Source: Myxococcales bacterium (lineage in GTDB: Bacteria > Desulfobacterota > Binatia > HRBIN30). From it: DNA of 64,000 nt. A program made the translations under genes and the position numbers. The notes below the pieces were generated by a model. That model was not told the origin of the DNA. It searched no databases and was given only the letters and a program-made list of their open reading frames with translations. How positions within the stretch are numbered: position 1 is the first letter of the stretch; each line of letters opens with the position of its first letter. This document shows positions 62,710-64,000 of the stretch, in pieces. The DNA lies in NCBI GenBank assembly GCA_037445065.1, contig JBBILD010000018.1:14163-78162 (forward strand), read 5' to 3'.

Positions 62710-64000
62710 GTGCGGGCGTACGAGCTTGCCGATCTGATCGAGTGGGACAAGCGGATTCGGGAGAAGGTGGCCGAGTTTGGCCTCGACTGCTTCCCGCAGG
62801 AGTTCGAGATCTGCGATCACAATCAAATGCTCGCGTACATGGCGTACTCGGGCATGCCATCGCACTATCCGCATTGGTCGTACGGGAAGGCATACGAAAA
62901 GCTCAAGACTCTGTACGACTACGGTGTGTCCGGTCTGCCTTACGAGATGGTCATCAACTCGAACCCCGCCCTTGCCTACCTGATGCGCGACAACACCTTG
63001 GCCCTGCAGATTCTCACGATTGCGCACGTCTACGCACACAACGATTTCTTCAAAAACAACTTCACCTTCCAGACCACCCGGCCCGAGTATGTGGTCGGAA
63101 TGATGAAATCGCACGGCCAGCGCGTGCGGGCATACATTGAAACGCCGAGCATCGGAATCGACCGCGTCGAGCGGATTCTGGACGCTGCGCACGCTCTTTC
63201 TTTGCAATGTCGGCGCAACCTCGCAGTTCGCAAGCTGAATCCGGAGGAGCAAAGAGAACAGCTCCTCGATGCGGCCCAACCACGCGAGGATCCGTTTGCC
63301 ACCGTGCACAAACGACCAGAGGTGCAGGAGCCGGACCTGCACAAGGTGCCGCTCGTCCCAGATGAAGATCTGCTCCTATTCATTCGCGATTACAACCCAC
63401 ACCTAGAGGAGTGGGAAAAAGATCTGCTTTCCATCGTCCACGCCGAAGCGCAGTACTTTATCCCCCAAATCGAAACCAAAATTATGAACGAGGGTTGGGC
63501 GACCTTCTGGCATAAGCGGATCCTGGAGAGCCTAGACCTCCCGCAGGACTTGCACCTGGAGTTTCTCGTGCGGCACAACCAAGTCGTGCGGCTGATCCCA
63601 GGCTCGCTCAATCCCTACCACATCGGATGGAAGGTGTGGGAGGACATTTACCGCCGCTATGAGCGGCCCGAGCCCGATGAGGTCGATTCGCTCGAAGAAG
63701 GGCCTGGCGGCGGCTACGCGAAGGTCTTTGCCGTTCGTGCGGCAGATCGTGACTCGTCCTTTTTGCGGCGGCACTTGACGGAGGCCCTCGTCCGCGAACT
63801 CAACTTGTTCGAGTACCGTCCACGGGGGAATGACTGGGTCATCACGCACGTGGGGGACGCGGAAGGGTGGCGCCAAGTCAAAGAAACGCTGATTCAGTCG
63901 GTAGGAATGAACAGCGTTCCAGTGATCAAGGTGGAAGACGCAGACTTTGGCCACCACCGCGCCTTACTGCTGGTGCATGAGCACGATGGGCGAGATCTAC
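62710..64000 (+). CDS. spoVR: SpoVR/YcgB-family protein (runs off the window end)
   Basis: Not in ORF track (no stop in window). Manual translation: MRAYELADLIEWDKRI..GLDCFPQEFEI..GMPSHYPHWSYGK..YEMVINSNP..AHVYAHNDFFKNN..TKIMNEGWATFWH. Confidence 0.93.
   Translation, partial: MRAYELADLIEWDKRIREKVAEFGLDCFPQEFEICDHNQMLAYMAYSGMPSHYPHWSYGKAYEKLKTLYDYGVSGLPYEMVINSNPALAYLMRDNTLALQILTIAHVYAHNDFFKNNFTFQTTRPEYVVGMMKSHGQRVRAYIETPSIGIDRVERILDAAHALSLQCRRNLAVRKLNPEEQREQLLDAAQPREDPFATVHKRPEVQEPDLHKVPLVPDEDLLLFIRDYNPHLEEWEKDLLSIVHAEAQYFIPQIETKIMNEGWATFWHKRILESLDLPQDLHLEFLVRHNQVVRLIPGSLNPYHIGWKVWEDIYRRYERPEPDEVDSLEEGPGGGYAKVFAVRAADRDSSFLRRHLTEALVRELNLFEYRPRGNDWVITHVGDAEGWRQVKETLIQSVGMNSVPVIKVEDADFGHHRALLLVHEHDGRDL

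Overview
GC-rich, gene-dense bacterial chromosomal window with about 56 CDS. I found no rRNA, tRNA, CRISPR array or recognisable mobile element. The protein style (dockerin-like and Cys-rich secreted proteins, many lipid/steroid-type catabolic enzymes, alpha2-type GlyRS) suggests a Deltaproteobacteria-like lineage such as Candidatus Binatia; this is inference only. Contents: a split NAD synthetase (free glutaminase gene plus partial nadE); an ADH-thiolase-LLM monooxygenase-hydrolase operon; a PAP2 gene interrupted by an in-frame TAG; hydratase-2, rimO, a PPIase, arsC and a RecQ with a long disordered N-terminus; a heteromeric-type acyl-CoA dehydrogenase pair; glyQS-ppdK-aroE; a FadR regulator with a diiron ferritin-like enzyme; rlmE, pgeF, MmgE/PrpD, an LMW phosphatase, an SDR and ssb; a sigma54-type porin-PII-amtB operon; mreBCD-mrdA-rodA-LOG; an L,D-transpeptidase; a stress cluster (APH/AAA_33, YbaK, clpB, ftsH, USP); and prkA-yeaH-spoVR. 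Most interesting: (1) a secreted 670-aa protein that appears to fuse an atypical CX4CH cytochrome c-like domain, a complete PHM/DBH-type copper monooxygenase ligand set and an inserted dockerin-like duplication; (2) an outer-membrane porin heading the nitrogen operon; (3) a 49-aa membrane microprotein with its own promoter, missing from the ORF track; (4) the amber-interrupted PAP2; (5) a 1.15-kb hairpin-rich region with no convincing gene. All family calls come from motif recognition, not database searches.
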